Shown here: in pieces, positions 31,398 through 40,306 of the stretch
Layout: each line of letters starts with the position of its first letter
Numbering within the stretch: position 1 is the first letter of the stretch
NCBI GenBank assembly: GCA_947624655.1
Contig: CANQLH010000002.1
Location: 4,321 to 68,320 of the forward strand
DNA from: an uncultured Clostridia bacterium
Lineage (GTDB): Bacteria; Bacillota; Clostridia; TANB77; CAG-508
DNA length: 64,000 bases
Reading direction: 5' to 3'
Made by a program: the position numbers and the translations under genes
Notes under the pieces: model-generated
Told to the model about the DNA's origin: nothing
What the model saw: only the letters and a program-made list of their open reading frames with translations
Database searches by the model: none

Positions 31398-33065
31398 TTA
31401 ATGACCAAAGCTGTCGGTAAGCATAGCCACATCAGCACCTGAAAGGTAGAAGCCTTTGTTTGCCAGAATTTTATTATAGGCTTCTTTGCCCTGAAAACTG
31501 TCTATTACAGACTTCTCTTCTTCTGACATATCTGTATATTTTTTGCTGCCATAGTGAGGAGGCAGCCAGTTTCGGCGTCCTCCTATGTAGATATTGTACT
31601 TATCTATAAGGTCAGGATTGGTAAAAACTATATGAACAGTGCCTTTTTTATAAAATGTAGCCTTGAAAAATTTACATTCTATGTTTTTAGTTATGCTGTC
31701 ATTAAAGGCTTTTTCTATTGTACTTTGCAGGTCTACATCAGCCGTCATATTTCCGTCAAGGAAATTGAGTATTCTTTCTATATCGGAAAGCACTTCATAA
31801 GCAGCTCTTATATTCAGCTTGCTGCTCCAACTGCTATAAACCCCGTAAGTAGGAAGTATTACCTTTTTGCCTATTTTATGAGCAATATTTGTTTTCCAAC
31901 CATTGTAATAATGGCGATTGTTTTTACATTCGGGATAATATGTGTACCCTTCAGTTAATCTGTCATACATAACTTCTATTTCATCAGCTATACCCTTGTT
32001 GAGACTTGCATTCATTTCTATTATTAGATTGTTTATATTAAACTCGTTAAAATCATAGTCTGCAAGAGTTTCAACCTCTTCCTGATATTTTTCCTGAAGT
32101 GCGGATGTAAGCTTACTCATAATTTTTTTATTTGAAAGAAGCTCTCTCCAATATTTTAGCCGTACTTTTTCCACATAATCATTTATAGAAAAAGAGCTTT
32201 TATCACACATACGAAGCTCTAACATAGGATAATTATAACAGGCCTTTTCAAAACTTTTCTTTATATAAGGACTTAGGGCATTATATTCATTTATTAATTT
32301 TATTCCTGCTCCTGTCTCGATTCGGTAATGAGTCACTATCATTTTTATAAAATCAGTAACATCAAGGTCTGTTATATCCTCGTTCGGCATAACTTCTATA
32401 TTTACGGCTTTTTTCATACCATTATAAATATCGCTTTCCCGCTCTACTTCTTCTATAAAGACTTTTATAATAGCAATTTCAACATCTGTTTTTCTCTCGG
32501 CAGCAGAAAATCCGTTTTCAATATATTCTATATCTGCATCATACTTATCAAGTATGGCTTTAAGCTCTTTCTGTAAAGCATTATTAGGATTTTTCAAAGT
32601 TTCTGCATTAAGAAGACATATAACAGAACCTCCGTTTTTCTGCATTTCCAAGGCTTTTAAAAGGTGTTTGTAACCATCTCTGAAGGGTGGGTTCATAACT
32701 ATCAAATCATACTTCTTGTAAGTTATGAATTGCAAAAAATCATCATATACAACTTTTACATTTTCATAATTTTTTTCTATTGTGCCTTTTATTATTGCTC
32801 TCAGATATGGGTCAATTTCAATGCAGTCTATACTAAATTCCTTTTTGATATCATTATTTGAATAACCCCAAGTCACCCATTTATTTTGAAAATAATCAAC
32901 AACCTCTTCTTCAATGGCTTCTATCAGATTTCCCTTACCTGCCGACGGTTCTAAAATATTTTTTATACATTCCCACTTTATGCCTGACAACATCTTCTTG
33001 GCAATCTCTTTCGGTGTAGGATAGAATTGTCTGTCTGTTTCTGTATAATTCGTAATAGTTTTCAT
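31398..33065 (-). CDS. DNA adenine methyltransferase with DUF4942-like C-terminus
   Basis: QFYPTP, ILEPSAGKG, MNPPF, FYKKGTVHIVF. Confidence 0.88.
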   Translation of the reverse strand: MKTITNYTETDRQFYPTPKEIAKKMLSGIKWECIKNILEPSAGKGNLIEAIEEEVVDYFQNKWVTWGYSNNDIKKEFSIDCIEIDPYLRAIIKGTIEKNYENVKVVYDDFLQFITYKKYDLIVMNPPFRDGYKHLLKALEMQKNGGSVICLLNAETLKNPNNALQKELKAILDKYDADIEYIENGFSAAERKTDVEIAIIKVFIEEVERESDIYNGMKKAVNIEVMPNEDITDLDVTDFIKMIVTHYRIETGAGIKLINEYNALSPYIKKSFEKACYNYPMLELRMCDKSSFSINDYVEKVRLKYWRELLSNKKIMSKLTSALQEKYQEEVETLADYDFNEFNINNLIIEMNASLNKGIADEIEVMYDRLTEGYTYYPECKNNRHYYNGWKTNIAHKIGKKVILPTYGVYSSWSSKLNIRAAYEVLSDIERILNFLDGNMTADVDLQSTIEKAFNDSITKNIECKFFKATFYKKGTVHIVFTNPDLIDKYNIYIGGRRNWLPPHYGSKKYTDMSEEEKSVIDSFQGKEAYNKILANKGFYLSGADVAMLTDSFGH

Positions 33066-33077
33066 ATTATCACTCCT

Positions 33078-34238
33078 TTATTCTTTTAATATAACAGGTA
33101 ATATTAAAGCTCTCTGCTTTCCAAACATTTCATCAGGCTTTATAATTAAAGGTGAACGAGAACCTAAGACATTAAATAAAACTTTTTCTTCGTCAAAGGT
33201 TTTTATAAGCTCCGAAAAAAGCTTGGGATTGTAGCCTACTTTCAAGTCTGTTTTTTCGCCTAATTGCTCAATTTCTATTTCTTCCGAATAATCACTGCCG
33301 TCAACGAGTCTTGCATCAAGTTTTAATGCATCTTTATCAAAGTTAAATATAACAGCCGGCTTATACGTTTTATTGTCCTTCGTTACATTTTTTGCAATAA
33401 AAGCGAGAGCTTCTTCCATAAGCTCTTTTTCGATTTTTACAGAAATCACATCGGAATATCTGCAACTGCCTATTGTTCTGTCAAAAAAATTCTTGTAATC
33501 AAAAAAAGCTGTATCATATAAATTCGTAATGATTTCAAAATTTTCTGTTTTAAAGTATATTTTATTCTCCGAAAGAGATATTTTTATTTCTCCCTTCAGA
33601 CAAACCTTACAAATATACTCGGCGGCTTCATAGTTGAACGTTTCTCTTATATCGAAATCCACATTACTGCAAGGCACATCATAAACTAAAATTCTGAATG
33701 TATCACTGCCAACAAATTCTATATGATTATCCAAACTGTTCTTGTTAATGTGGATTCCTTCAAAAACTTCTTTTACAGATTCTTTTGCTCTTACAGCAGA
33801 CGTTTTTTCTAAAGCCTTTACAAGCTCTTTTGCATCTATTGTAAATTCTGCCTTTATTTTTTCAGAAGGCATAAACTTATCAGTATCAAACAAGCCGACA
33901 TCCATAGCCTTAAAAGTATTTTTAATTATTCTTTTTTCATTACGTGATGAGCTTTCCAAAATAACCATATTATTCTCAATATCTGCTTTAAATTCCAAAA
34001 CCGCACCAGACGGAAGTCCGTTTATAACCTTTATATTTGCGGGTGAAAGTATAAACGGATTACTCTCGTCATAGTAGTCAAGTTTTTGCTTAATGTAGGT
34101 TGTTCCATTCCCGGCATACATATATCCGTCCTTTATAAGAATATTTTCGTAAATTTTTTGCTCTAATGAAAAGCCTTTAAGTAAATAGGCTTTTACAAGG
34201 TTGTACTTTGATATTAATTCCTTCTTTAAAATAAACAT
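33078..34238 (-). CDS. dnaN: DNA polymerase III beta sliding clamp
   Basis: 386 aa; GIHI..FVGSDTFRI; VGYNPK; LILPV C-terminus. Confidence 0.8.
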   Translation of the reverse strand: MFILKKELISKYNLVKAYLLKGFSLEQKIYENILIKDGYMYAGNGTTYIKQKLDYYDESNPFILSPANIKVINGLPSGAVLEFKADIENNMVILESSSRNEKRIIKNTFKAMDVGLFDTDKFMPSEKIKAEFTIDAKELVKALEKTSAVRAKESVKEVFEGIHINKNSLDNHIEFVGSDTFRILVYDVPCSNVDFDIRETFNYEAAEYICKVCLKGEIKISLSENKIYFKTENFEIITNLYDTAFFDYKNFFDRTIGSCRYSDVISVKIEKELMEEALAFIAKNVTKDNKTYKPAVIFNFDKDALKLDARLVDGSDYSEEIEIEQLGEKTDLKVGYNPKLFSELIKTFDEEKVLFNVLGSRSPLIIKPDEMFGKQRALILPVILKE

Positions 34239-34344
34239 AATTTTTCCTCCTTTTTGGTTTTATCAATAATTTTTTAGGTAAAATAAATAAGAGTGCAGAA
34301 TATCTTCCACACTCTTATATACTCAAAATGATTTTCATATTTAT

Positions 34345-35310
34345 TTACAACTTGATTTTCTCAAAACGTTCCATAAGGAAGTCCATATCTTCAAGGGTTT
34401 TACTTGGGGAGTCGGCATTTTCTGTTCCTAAAATATAGGCTTGCTTTATAAGGTCTTTTATTTTTGTTTCTGACAATGAAATTTTATCAGGACAGACGGA
34501 AAATTCTCCTTTATCTACACTTTTGTAAAAGTTGCCTATATCATCGGTGTTTTCGTGCCTTGTATCTTCCGATATTCCGGCATATCCAAGAGTTGTTTTT
34601 CTTTTATCGTGGTTAAGCTCCTGCTGCAAATAGTCTATAGCAGAATAGTTATTTTTGTTATTCATCAAAAACCAATAGCAATACGTCTTCCGCATAGTAT
34701 GAGTACCTATGTTATCAGTTATTCCTATTTTCCGTGCAGCTTCTTTTAAAACCTTTATGTAGGTCTTAGCTGCGCTTATACAGACAGAATCGTTGCCAAG
34801 AGAAATCTCTGACTTATATTTTCCTACAAACGGAGCATAATCACCGTCTGTATTAAAGCCATATTTTTCACAAAACTTAAAGTATTCATCTACGTGGGTT
34901 TTAAGGTCATCATTTACAAATTTATAATTCCACTTGTCTGTCTTTTTTTCCTTTATATAAAATTTTTCTGACAACAAATCATTCCACGTAAGACGAAGTA
35001 TATCACTTATTCTGAGTAACGTGTTTATTCCGACCATAAAAATAAGGTGATTTCTTAAATGCTTTTTCTTCATATTGATATTTGTTGTTCTTTCGTATTT
35101 ATCGTGAAAGTAACGCCTTAAAAGACGAAGGTGTTCAGGATTTCTTATGGGATGAACTCCATTATGTCCACCCTTCTTTTTCCCGCTGCCTTCCACCTTT
35201 TCACGCCTTGCGGTTTGTCCATCCATAAATTTTGACAAATCAATCATTACATTTGGTATTTTATGGGAATTTTCTAAATTTATTTCTTTCATAAATATCT
35301 CTCCTTTCAA
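34345..35310 (-). CDS. Tyrosine recombinase/integrase
   Basis: LRISD, EKKTDK, HTMRKT, LNH..TTLGY: catalytic R-K-H-R-H-Y intact. Confidence 0.92.
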   Translation of the reverse strand: MKGEIFMKEINLENSHKIPNVMIDLSKFMDGQTARREKVEGSGKKKGGHNGVHPIRNPEHLRLLRRYFHDKYERTTNINMKKKHLRNHLIFMVGINTLLRISDILRLTWNDLLSEKFYIKEKKTDKWNYKFVNDDLKTHVDEYFKFCEKYGFNTDGDYAPFVGKYKSEISLGNDSVCISAAKTYIKVLKEAARKIGITDNIGTHTMRKTYCYWFLMNNKNNYSAIDYLQQELNHDKRKTTLGYAGISEDTRHENTDDIGNFYKSVDKGEFSVCPDKISLSETKIKDLIKQAYILGTENADSPSKTLEDMDFLMERFEKIKL

Positions 35311-35325
35311 AAACTGAATCTTTCA

Positions 35326-35568
35326 TCATTCATTAATTTTAAGGCAAATACGTGTCCCCTTGCCTATAAAACGCATTTTCCCATTTGGGCGTATATCTCC
35401 TCTAACAAGTACAATATCCGCCTCCTTCTCATTTATGAGAGGTATTTTAACAAAATCTTTATTAAAATGAGTTTTGGCAGCCTTTACACTTGAAGTACCG
35501 CTTATAACCTTGACCTCTGAATTATTTTCTATTTTGTTGTATTCCACTATATAAGTATTTACCGACAT
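35326..35568 (-). CDS. Hypothetical protein
   Basis: AAGGAGG RBS. Confidence 0.65.
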   Translation of the reverse strand: MSVNTYIVEYNKIENNSEVKVISGTSSVKAAKTHFNKDFVKIPLINEKEADIVLVRGDIRPNGKMRFIGKGTRICLKINE

Positions 35569-35597
35569 GTATTCCCTCCTTAATGTAATACTGCTTT

Positions 35598-35795
35598 TTA
35601 CAACTCTTTTCTTTTGTACCCGGTTGAAAGTCCAAGAGCGTGTAAAGATTTTGACACAGAATAACGCTTGACTATAGATAAAGCCAAAGCATAATAGTTT
35701 CTCATATAATCCTTATCGTTTTCCTTACTGCTTTTCAAAATCGTATTAATTGTATCTGACAATATTTTTCCTCCCTTGTAAAAAAATTGTGACAA
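35598..35795 (-). CDS. Hypothetical protein
   Basis: RBS suggests TTG start near 35762. Confidence 0.5.
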   Translation of the reverse strand: MSQFFYKGGKILSDTINTILKSSKENDKDYMRNYYALALSIVKRYSVSKSLHALGLSTGYKRKEL

Positions 35796-35857
35796 TAAAA
35801 AAACAGGAGTATTGATATTATCTCTACTCCTGTATACAATATATTAATTATTATAAA

Positions 35858-36046
35858 TTATTCTTGTTCCCTTATTAAAGGTGGCTGCTGATAAAGCTTG
35901 CGCTCTATCTGACGACGCTTTTTTGCTATAAGTTTTAAAGTTTCTACAGAATTTTCTTTTTCTGCAATTTCCTGAATATCCTCTAACAGACTTAATTGGT
36001 CAAAAAGATAGCCATTATATTCCTTTTCATTAGACGGCATAAGCAT
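35858..36046 (-). CDS. Small hypothetical protein with own promoter and terminator
   Basis: AAGGAGG RBS; promoter at 36093-36121; hairpin plus T-run near 35797-35833. Confidence 0.7.
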   Translation of the reverse strand: MLMPSNEKEYNGYLFDQLSLLEDIQEIAEKENSVETLKLIAKKRRQIERKLYQQPPLIREQE

Positions 36047-36092
36047 ACCTCCTTTTATATAATGTCCCTAATTATTTTATGTCCTTGTCTTT

Positions 36093-36121
36093 ATTATAAC
36101 AAGTTTTTTCAACTATGTAAA
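36093..36121 (-). promoter_or_regulatory. SigA-type promoter
   Basis: TTTACA-17-TATAAT with TG extension. Confidence 0.7.
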
Positions 36122-36136
36122 GACATAAGAACAATT

Positions 36137-36529
36137 TCAGAAAAGTTTCACTATAAGTTCAATTTTGTCCGAAAAGCTTTTCTGAGTTTTTACAACATTC
36201 TTTATAAGAGAGTCTATTCCTTCAATAATATCAATTCCTTTTTGCCCTTCATGAATTGTCATCACTTGGGGGCAGCCGCCCGTATAATAATCACATACAA
36301 CAAGTGAATCTGTACTATCAAATCCTACATCTATAGCTCTTATTCCGTACCAGCCTTCAGACCTTTTCAAAATATTTTCCAAAGAATCATCTGCATGACC
36401 ATCTATTTTTGCAACAGCAAATTTACATTGAGGCAAATCTTCCTTGCAAGTATTAAGAAGACATAAATTTTTGATATATTGTGCTAAATCATAAGACCTC
36501 CACAACATAAAATCTTTATTCTTTTTCAT
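36137..36529 (-). CDS. Hypothetical protein
   Basis: AAGGAG RBS. Confidence 0.7.
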   Translation of the reverse strand: MKKNKDFMLWRSYDLAQYIKNLCLLNTCKEDLPQCKFAVAKIDGHADDSLENILKRSEGWYGIRAIDVGFDSTDSLVVCDYYTGGCPQVMTIHEGQKGIDIIEGIDSLIKNVVKTQKSFSDKIELIVKLF

Positions 36530-36548
36530 AGTAAAGCTCCTTTCATAA

Positions 36549-37088
36549 TTAATTCAGACTTATTTCATAATTGATATTATTACATAAAGATATTTTGAAA
36601 CCCGCATTTTGAAATACATCTTTCACCTTGCTGTCTAAAGTATACGCTGTACGATTTTCTAATTCCATAATTTGACTATAACAATCTTCTACTTCCTCAA
36701 ATTCAGCAAGTGTTAAACCCCTTAATCTTCCGGTTTCATATGCGTAATCTATTCTATCTTTAATTTTATTAAGCCTTTCTCTTTCATCTTTTGTAAATGT
36801 CTTTTTCAAAAAATTATCTATAGCTATTTCTTTAAGATTTTTCCCATATCCGGTTAAGTATTTGTTATTTGTAAACATAGCTACATCTCCGAACTCAACA
36901 TCAGGAAGTAAATCAGATAAAAAATAACAAAACTGGTCTTTACTGGTATTTTCATTTTCATAAGCGTAATTAACAATATTTTCAATTAAGTCATGTAAAT
37001 AACTTTCTTCTACTCTGTTAAAATTATTAACAAAGTTTTTCTTTGATAAATAACTTACAAATCTGTCACTGTTAAAAAATTTTTCCAT
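36549..37088 (-). CDS. Hypothetical protein
   Basis: Start moved to MEKFF behind AAGGAGG. Confidence 0.7.
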   Translation of the reverse strand: MEKFFNSDRFVSYLSKKNFVNNFNRVEESYLHDLIENIVNYAYENENTSKDQFCYFLSDLLPDVEFGDVAMFTNNKYLTGYGKNLKEIAIDNFLKKTFTKDERERLNKIKDRIDYAYETGRLRGLTLAEFEEVEDCYSQIMELENRTAYTLDSKVKDVFQNAGFKISLCNNINYEISLN

Positions 37089-37119
37089 AGCATTTCCTCC
37101 TTTAAATTTTAAAAAAATT

Positions 37120-37272
37120 TTAAATTGAAAGATTATAGATGTAAGAGCCACATCTCACGCATTTATCGTGTGGACCCCAATATCCAAGTTTCTTCATTCC
37201 ACGAACACTCCCTGTGTAATGGATTGAGGGGTGTCTTGATTTCTCTTTTTCTGTAAGCTTCATATATTTCAT
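37120..37272 (-). CDS. Small 50-aa protein
   Basis: AAGGAGGT RBS; MKYMKLTEKEKSRHPSIHYTGSVRGMKKLGYWGPHDKCVRCGSYIYNLSI. Confidence 0.7.
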   Translation of the reverse strand: MKYMKLTEKEKSRHPSIHYTGSVRGMKKLGYWGPHDKCVRCGSYIYNLSI

Positions 37273-37299
37273 GTTGTTACCTCCTTTTGTTAACTATTC

Positions 37300-37611
37300 T
37301 TAGTCAAATATATAAGCTACTCCTTCAGTTATTTCTTTCCCTGACTGAAGCCACTTAAACTGATATTTACTACTATCACCGTTTAAATTCCAATTTAAAG
37401 ACTCCTTTAAATCAGATGTATCAAGGAAAAATTCAATTCCTCTTTCTTTAATCTGATTTTCCGTCCAAAACATATTTGTCCTGTTATCAAGAACAGATAT
37501 TGTTTTTATTTTCAAACGAGGACTATCTGATACCCATAGTTTGTCGGATGACGGTTTTATACTTTCCACTTTTACTATAAATTTAGCTTTATGTAAAATC
37601 TTTTTGCGCAT
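37300..37611 (-). CDS. Hypothetical early protein
   Basis: AAGGAGG RBS directly downstream of twister 1. Confidence 0.7.
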   Translation of the reverse strand: MRKKILHKAKFIVKVESIKPSSDKLWVSDSPRLKIKTISVLDNRTNMFWTENQIKERGIEFFLDTSDLKESLNWNLNGDSSKYQFKWLQSGKEITEGVAYIFD

Positions 37612-37654
37612 TGGTTATTCCTCCTTTAAAATTTTGAAATTTTCCTATGTAGCT

Positions 37655-37734
37655 TCAAGGGCTTGTGACCTTCGGCGGACTTTCACCGGCTGCATTAAAG
37701 CAGGATTTTATTTCCTGCTCCACTCTGCATTGAT
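37655..37734 (-). ncRNA. Twister ribozyme 1 (P5-type permutation)
   Basis: UGCAGAGUG-P1(GAGCAGGA/UCCUGCUU)-UAAUGCAGC-P3(CGGUG/CGCCG)-P4(AAGG UCACAAGC CCUU); T1 CAC/GUG; predicted cut 37697/37696. Confidence 0.9.
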
Positions 37735-37791
37735 TTATCCTTTTATTAAAGCGTAAATAATCCATATAACGCCTATAATTGTCATAACCAT
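37735..37791 (-). CDS. 18-aa hydrophobic peptide
   Basis: CAGGAGGG RBS; MVMTIIGVIWIIYALIKG*. Confidence 0.55.
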   Translation of the reverse strand: MVMTIIGVIWIIYALIKG

Positions 37792-37817
37792 ATTTTTCCC
37801 TCCTGTAAAATATATTC

Positions 37818-37852
37818 TTATTCTGCAATTTCAAGGGCTTGTAACCTTCGGC
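37818..37852 (-). repeat. Partial twister (P4 hairpin plus UGCAGAAUA)
   Basis: GCCGAAGGUUACAAGCCCUUGAAAUUGCAGAAUAA; no local UAAUGCAGC strand. Confidence 0.7.
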
Positions 37853-37906
37853 AAATTATCCACTATTATACCTTTCACGTTAATATAAAAATATTATACT
37901 TTTATA

Positions 37907-38293
37907 TCATTCCAATATATAGCAAGGAATGACTGTCATAACTTCAGATGCCGTTGCTGCCAATTTTTTCCTCTCTTCATAATGTGCTTTTGAAGATTCA
38001 TCTGCACCATATTTCTTTTCAAAATTTTCATAGTTTTCCAAAGGGTAAAGATTAAATAAATAGTAAAGCTTCTTGTTACAGCAATAAATTCTGTCCATTT
38101 CACCGTCTAATTTACAGCCCCATACTCCTGATTTTTTAACTATTTTAAAATATTCAAATTGTAAGTTAGGCTGTAAACTTTTAAATTTTTCTATTCCTCT
38201 CACTACACCGCAGGTTTTTCCATATTCATTTTTACAAGTTATAGAACGTGGAGATAATTTAACTATCCTGTTTTTTACATCTTCTATTTTCAT
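37907..38293 (-). CDS. Hypothetical early protein
   Basis: AAGGAGG RBS inside the repeated leader. Confidence 0.7.
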   Translation of the reverse strand: MKIEDVKNRIVKLSPRSITCKNEYGKTCGVVRGIEKFKSLQPNLQFEYFKIVKKSGVWGCKLDGEMDRIYCCNKKLYYLFNLYPLENYENFEKKYGADESSKAHYEERKKLAATASEVMTVIPCYILE

Positions 38294-38374
38294 TTTTGTT
38301 TCCTCCTTTGAAATTTAAAAAATTATATATCTGATGTTTTACAGCTTCAGGGCTTGTGACCTTCGGGAGACTTC
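38291..38374 (-). repeat. About 83-bp direct repeat (twister 3' half + RBS + ATG), second copy at 38641-38723
   Basis: catttttgtttcctcctttgaaatttaaa..atctgatgttt..acagcttcagggcttgtgaccttcgg.agacttc in both; weaker copy at 37609-37683. Confidence 0.9.
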
Positions 38375-38394
38375 TTGTCGACTTCTACTGTTAA

Positions 38395-38643
38395 TCAGTA
38401 GTCGAGGAAGTATATATCAATATCGCTATTCATTATATCCGTAGCTTTAAAAATCATATCTCCGACCATAAGCCAGTCGGGAGAATAGTCTTCTTCAATT
38501 CCTGGTGCTTTGAGTGCGTCTTCAATATACTGCTGTCTACCATATATGTGTATGGTATGAAAACCAAGCTCCATAGCTTTTTCCAGTAACTCAGTAAGTG
38601 TAAATGTTTCAACAATAATTTTATCTGTAATTTTATCTGTCAT
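38395..38643 (-). CDS. Hypothetical acidic early protein
   Basis: AAGGAGG RBS inside the repeated leader. Confidence 0.7.
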   Translation of the reverse strand: MTDKITDKIIVETFTLTELLEKAMELGFHTIHIYGRQQYIEDALKAPGIEEDYSPDWLMVGDMIFKATDIMNSDIDIYFLDY

Positions 38644-38694
38644 TTTTGTTTCCTCCTTTGAAATTTAAATAATTTCCTATCTGATGTTTACAGC

Positions 38695-38804
38695 TTCAGG
38701 GCTTGTGACCTTCGGCAGACTTCCACCGGCTGCATTAAAGCAGGAAATATAAGGTTGCTTGTTACTTTAATTCTTTATAATTTCCTGCTCCACTCTGCAT
38801 TGAT
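38695..38804 (-). ncRNA. Twister ribozyme 2 (P5-type permutation, extended P1)
   Basis: UGCAGAGUG-P1(GAGCAGGAAAU/AUUUCCUGCUU)-UAAUGCAGC-P3(CGGUGG/CUGCCG)-AGG UCACAAGC CCU; predicted cut 38737/38736. Confidence 0.9.
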
Positions 38805-38815
38805 AATTTTTGTCC

Positions 38816-39133
38816 TTATAATGTAAGCGTTGCAGTGTTACATTCAGTTAAACAATAGTTTATATAAGTTTGACAAGCTTCTTCATAAGTTTCATATTCA
38901 GCTCTAAAATTCCTATTTATCTTACTAAGCATTCTAACCATTTCAATGTATTGCCCAAATAAACAATTATACTTTATAAGAAATTTATCTCTCTTATATT
39001 TGCTTAGCGTTGTATTAAGACTTGCAAGCCTGTATTTTTCACTGTCAATATATACTTTAACTATTCTGCTGAATAATTCATTTTTTATTTCTTCTGTTAT
39101 TGTTAAAGTAATAGTATTTATTGTATTTGTCAT
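38816..39133 (-). CDS. Hypothetical early protein
   Basis: AAGGAGG RBS just downstream of hammerhead cut site. Confidence 0.7.
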   Translation of the reverse strand: MTNTINTITLTITEEIKNELFSRIVKVYIDSEKYRLASLNTTLSKYKRDKFLIKYNCLFGQYIEMVRMLSKINRNFRAEYETYEEACQTYINYCLTECNTATLTL

Positions 39134-39175
39134 AGTGATGTCCTCCTTTGAAGTTCATTTTTTGTTTTTGGGTTA

Positions 39176-39228
39176 TCCCTGACCCCTTGCGGGGTTTCGT
39201 CTTAATCTTCCAAGACTCTTCAGAGGGA
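39176..39228 (-). ncRNA. Type I hammerhead ribozyme
   Basis: UCCCU-CUGAAGA-GUCUUG(GAAGAU)UAAGAC-GAAA-CCCC(GCAA)GGGG-UC^AGGGA; full core; predicted cut 39181/39180. Confidence 0.93.
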
Positions 39229-39241
39229 CTTTTATAATCTG

Positions 39242-39496
39242 TTATTGACTTGTTGCCGGCTCCGTCTGAGAAAAGCCGAAAAATGCAGCCTTTACCATAA
39301 TTAATTTTGATTTGGTTTCGGACGTATCGGGTATTTTAACCTTACAGGGCTTCCATATTTGGGTCTTAAAAAGTGCCTTGCTGCCTTTTTTAACTTGCCG
39401 CCCTAAACGTTGCCATCCTGCATAGGTCTGTACATTTTCGGTTATTCCGTGCAAAATCATTTCACTTGATATAATTTCAGTGTTAGTTATTGCCAT
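39242..39496 (-). CDS. Small ArdC-like N-terminal ssDNA-binding domain protein
   Basis: TYAGWQRLGRQVKKGSKA..IW..FF..SQT; start moved to MAITN behind AAGGAG. Confidence 0.75.
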   Translation of the reverse strand: MAITNTEIISSEMILHGITENVQTYAGWQRLGRQVKKGSKALFKTQIWKPCKVKIPDTSETKSKLIMVKAAFFGFSQTEPATSQ

Positions 39497-39614
39497 TTTC
39501 AACAGCTCCTTTCTGATTTTTCTTATAATTGTCATAGCTTACATCAACCAAAAATATAGGTATTAAGCCAATAACAATAGTTATAATAATTTCTAAAAGC
39601 TTGATTATTATCAT
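39483..39614 (-). CDS. 43-aa single-TM peptide
   Basis: MIIIKLLEIIITIVIGLIPIFLVDV..; AAGGAAG RBS. Confidence 0.55.
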   Translation of the reverse strand: MIIIKLLEIIITIVIGLIPIFLVDVSYDNYKKNQKGAVENGNN

Positions 39615-39656
39615 TCTTTTAACTTCCTTCCTTTGATTTTTCAAATTTGACTTTTT

Positions 39657-39747
39657 ATGGACTTGTAACCATTTCAGCAAAATAGGATTTGCCGAAGTGC
39701 ATTAAATGGACGGCTTTAATTATTTCAAGTCGTCCGTTTACTCTGTT
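39657..39747 (-). ncRNA. Twister ribozyme 3 (variant)
   Basis: ACAGAGUA-long P1-UAAUGCAC-P3(UUCGGCAAA/UUUGCUGAA)-AUGG UUACAAGU CCAU; compensatory T1 UAC/GUA and T2 AC/GU; weak P2; predicted cut 39704/39703. Confidence 0.7.
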
Positions 39748-40065
39748 TGAAAAAACAAGGATTATTACAGAATTGTTGATAAAAAATATTCTCATTTTAG
39801 GGCTTTATGCTTTACGTTATAAGCAATTAATTTCACCTGTAAAGGCTATTTTTTTCTTGTCATAACGGCGTTTAATGCTCCCTCGTGGTGGTATAATGTC
39901 ACCGACCCGGTCGCGTGCATTTTGCGACTGCTTCCATAATATCAACAAGCTGTATCAATAAGCTTGTTACGTGTATCATAGTCACCGCCCCGGCTGCCTT
40001 GGTTATGTGCCGGCTCTGTTATTTTTTCAACGTCTGACGGATGGCAGACGGACCGCAAAAGTCTA

Positions 40066-40084
40066 TATTCAGTTATCAAGGTTC
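40066..40084 (-). promoter_or_regulatory. rrn boxA-like antitermination element
   Basis: GAACCUUGAUAACUGAAUA resembles Firmicute rRNA leader boxA (CUUGAAAACUGAAUA). Confidence 0.5.
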
Positions 40085-40306
40085 ATAATATACAGTGTTT
40101 GAAAAAAGTTTTATACTTGTAAAAGAATTACAGGTGTAAAGGGTTTTAAACGCTCCTTCTCTTTTATAGGGCTTGAAAATTTCAAGATATACGCCGCATC
40201 AAGGGCTTTGATGTGCCTTTTAATGCAACCCACTACGAAATACAAGGGCTTTTACTGTATTTCCTTTATCAGGAACAAATATAACAACGGGTTACTACGG
40301 GTTACG

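Noticed and set aside
37140-37250. GC-richer stretch as another ribozyme
   Set aside because: Explained by a 50-aa ORF with a strong RBS; no ribozyme core found
37600-38810. Repeats as a CRISPR array
   Set aside because: Spacing is irregular and gene-sized, the repeats fold as twister parts, and no cas genes are present
39865-39935. ZTP (pfl) riboswitch resemblance (GCGACCGG..GGUG/CACC..GGGAGC..GCCG)
   Set aside because: The GGCG/CGCC pseudoknot and terminal CGCCUGGGC hairpin are missing and no purine or folate gene follows; kept only as unassigned structure
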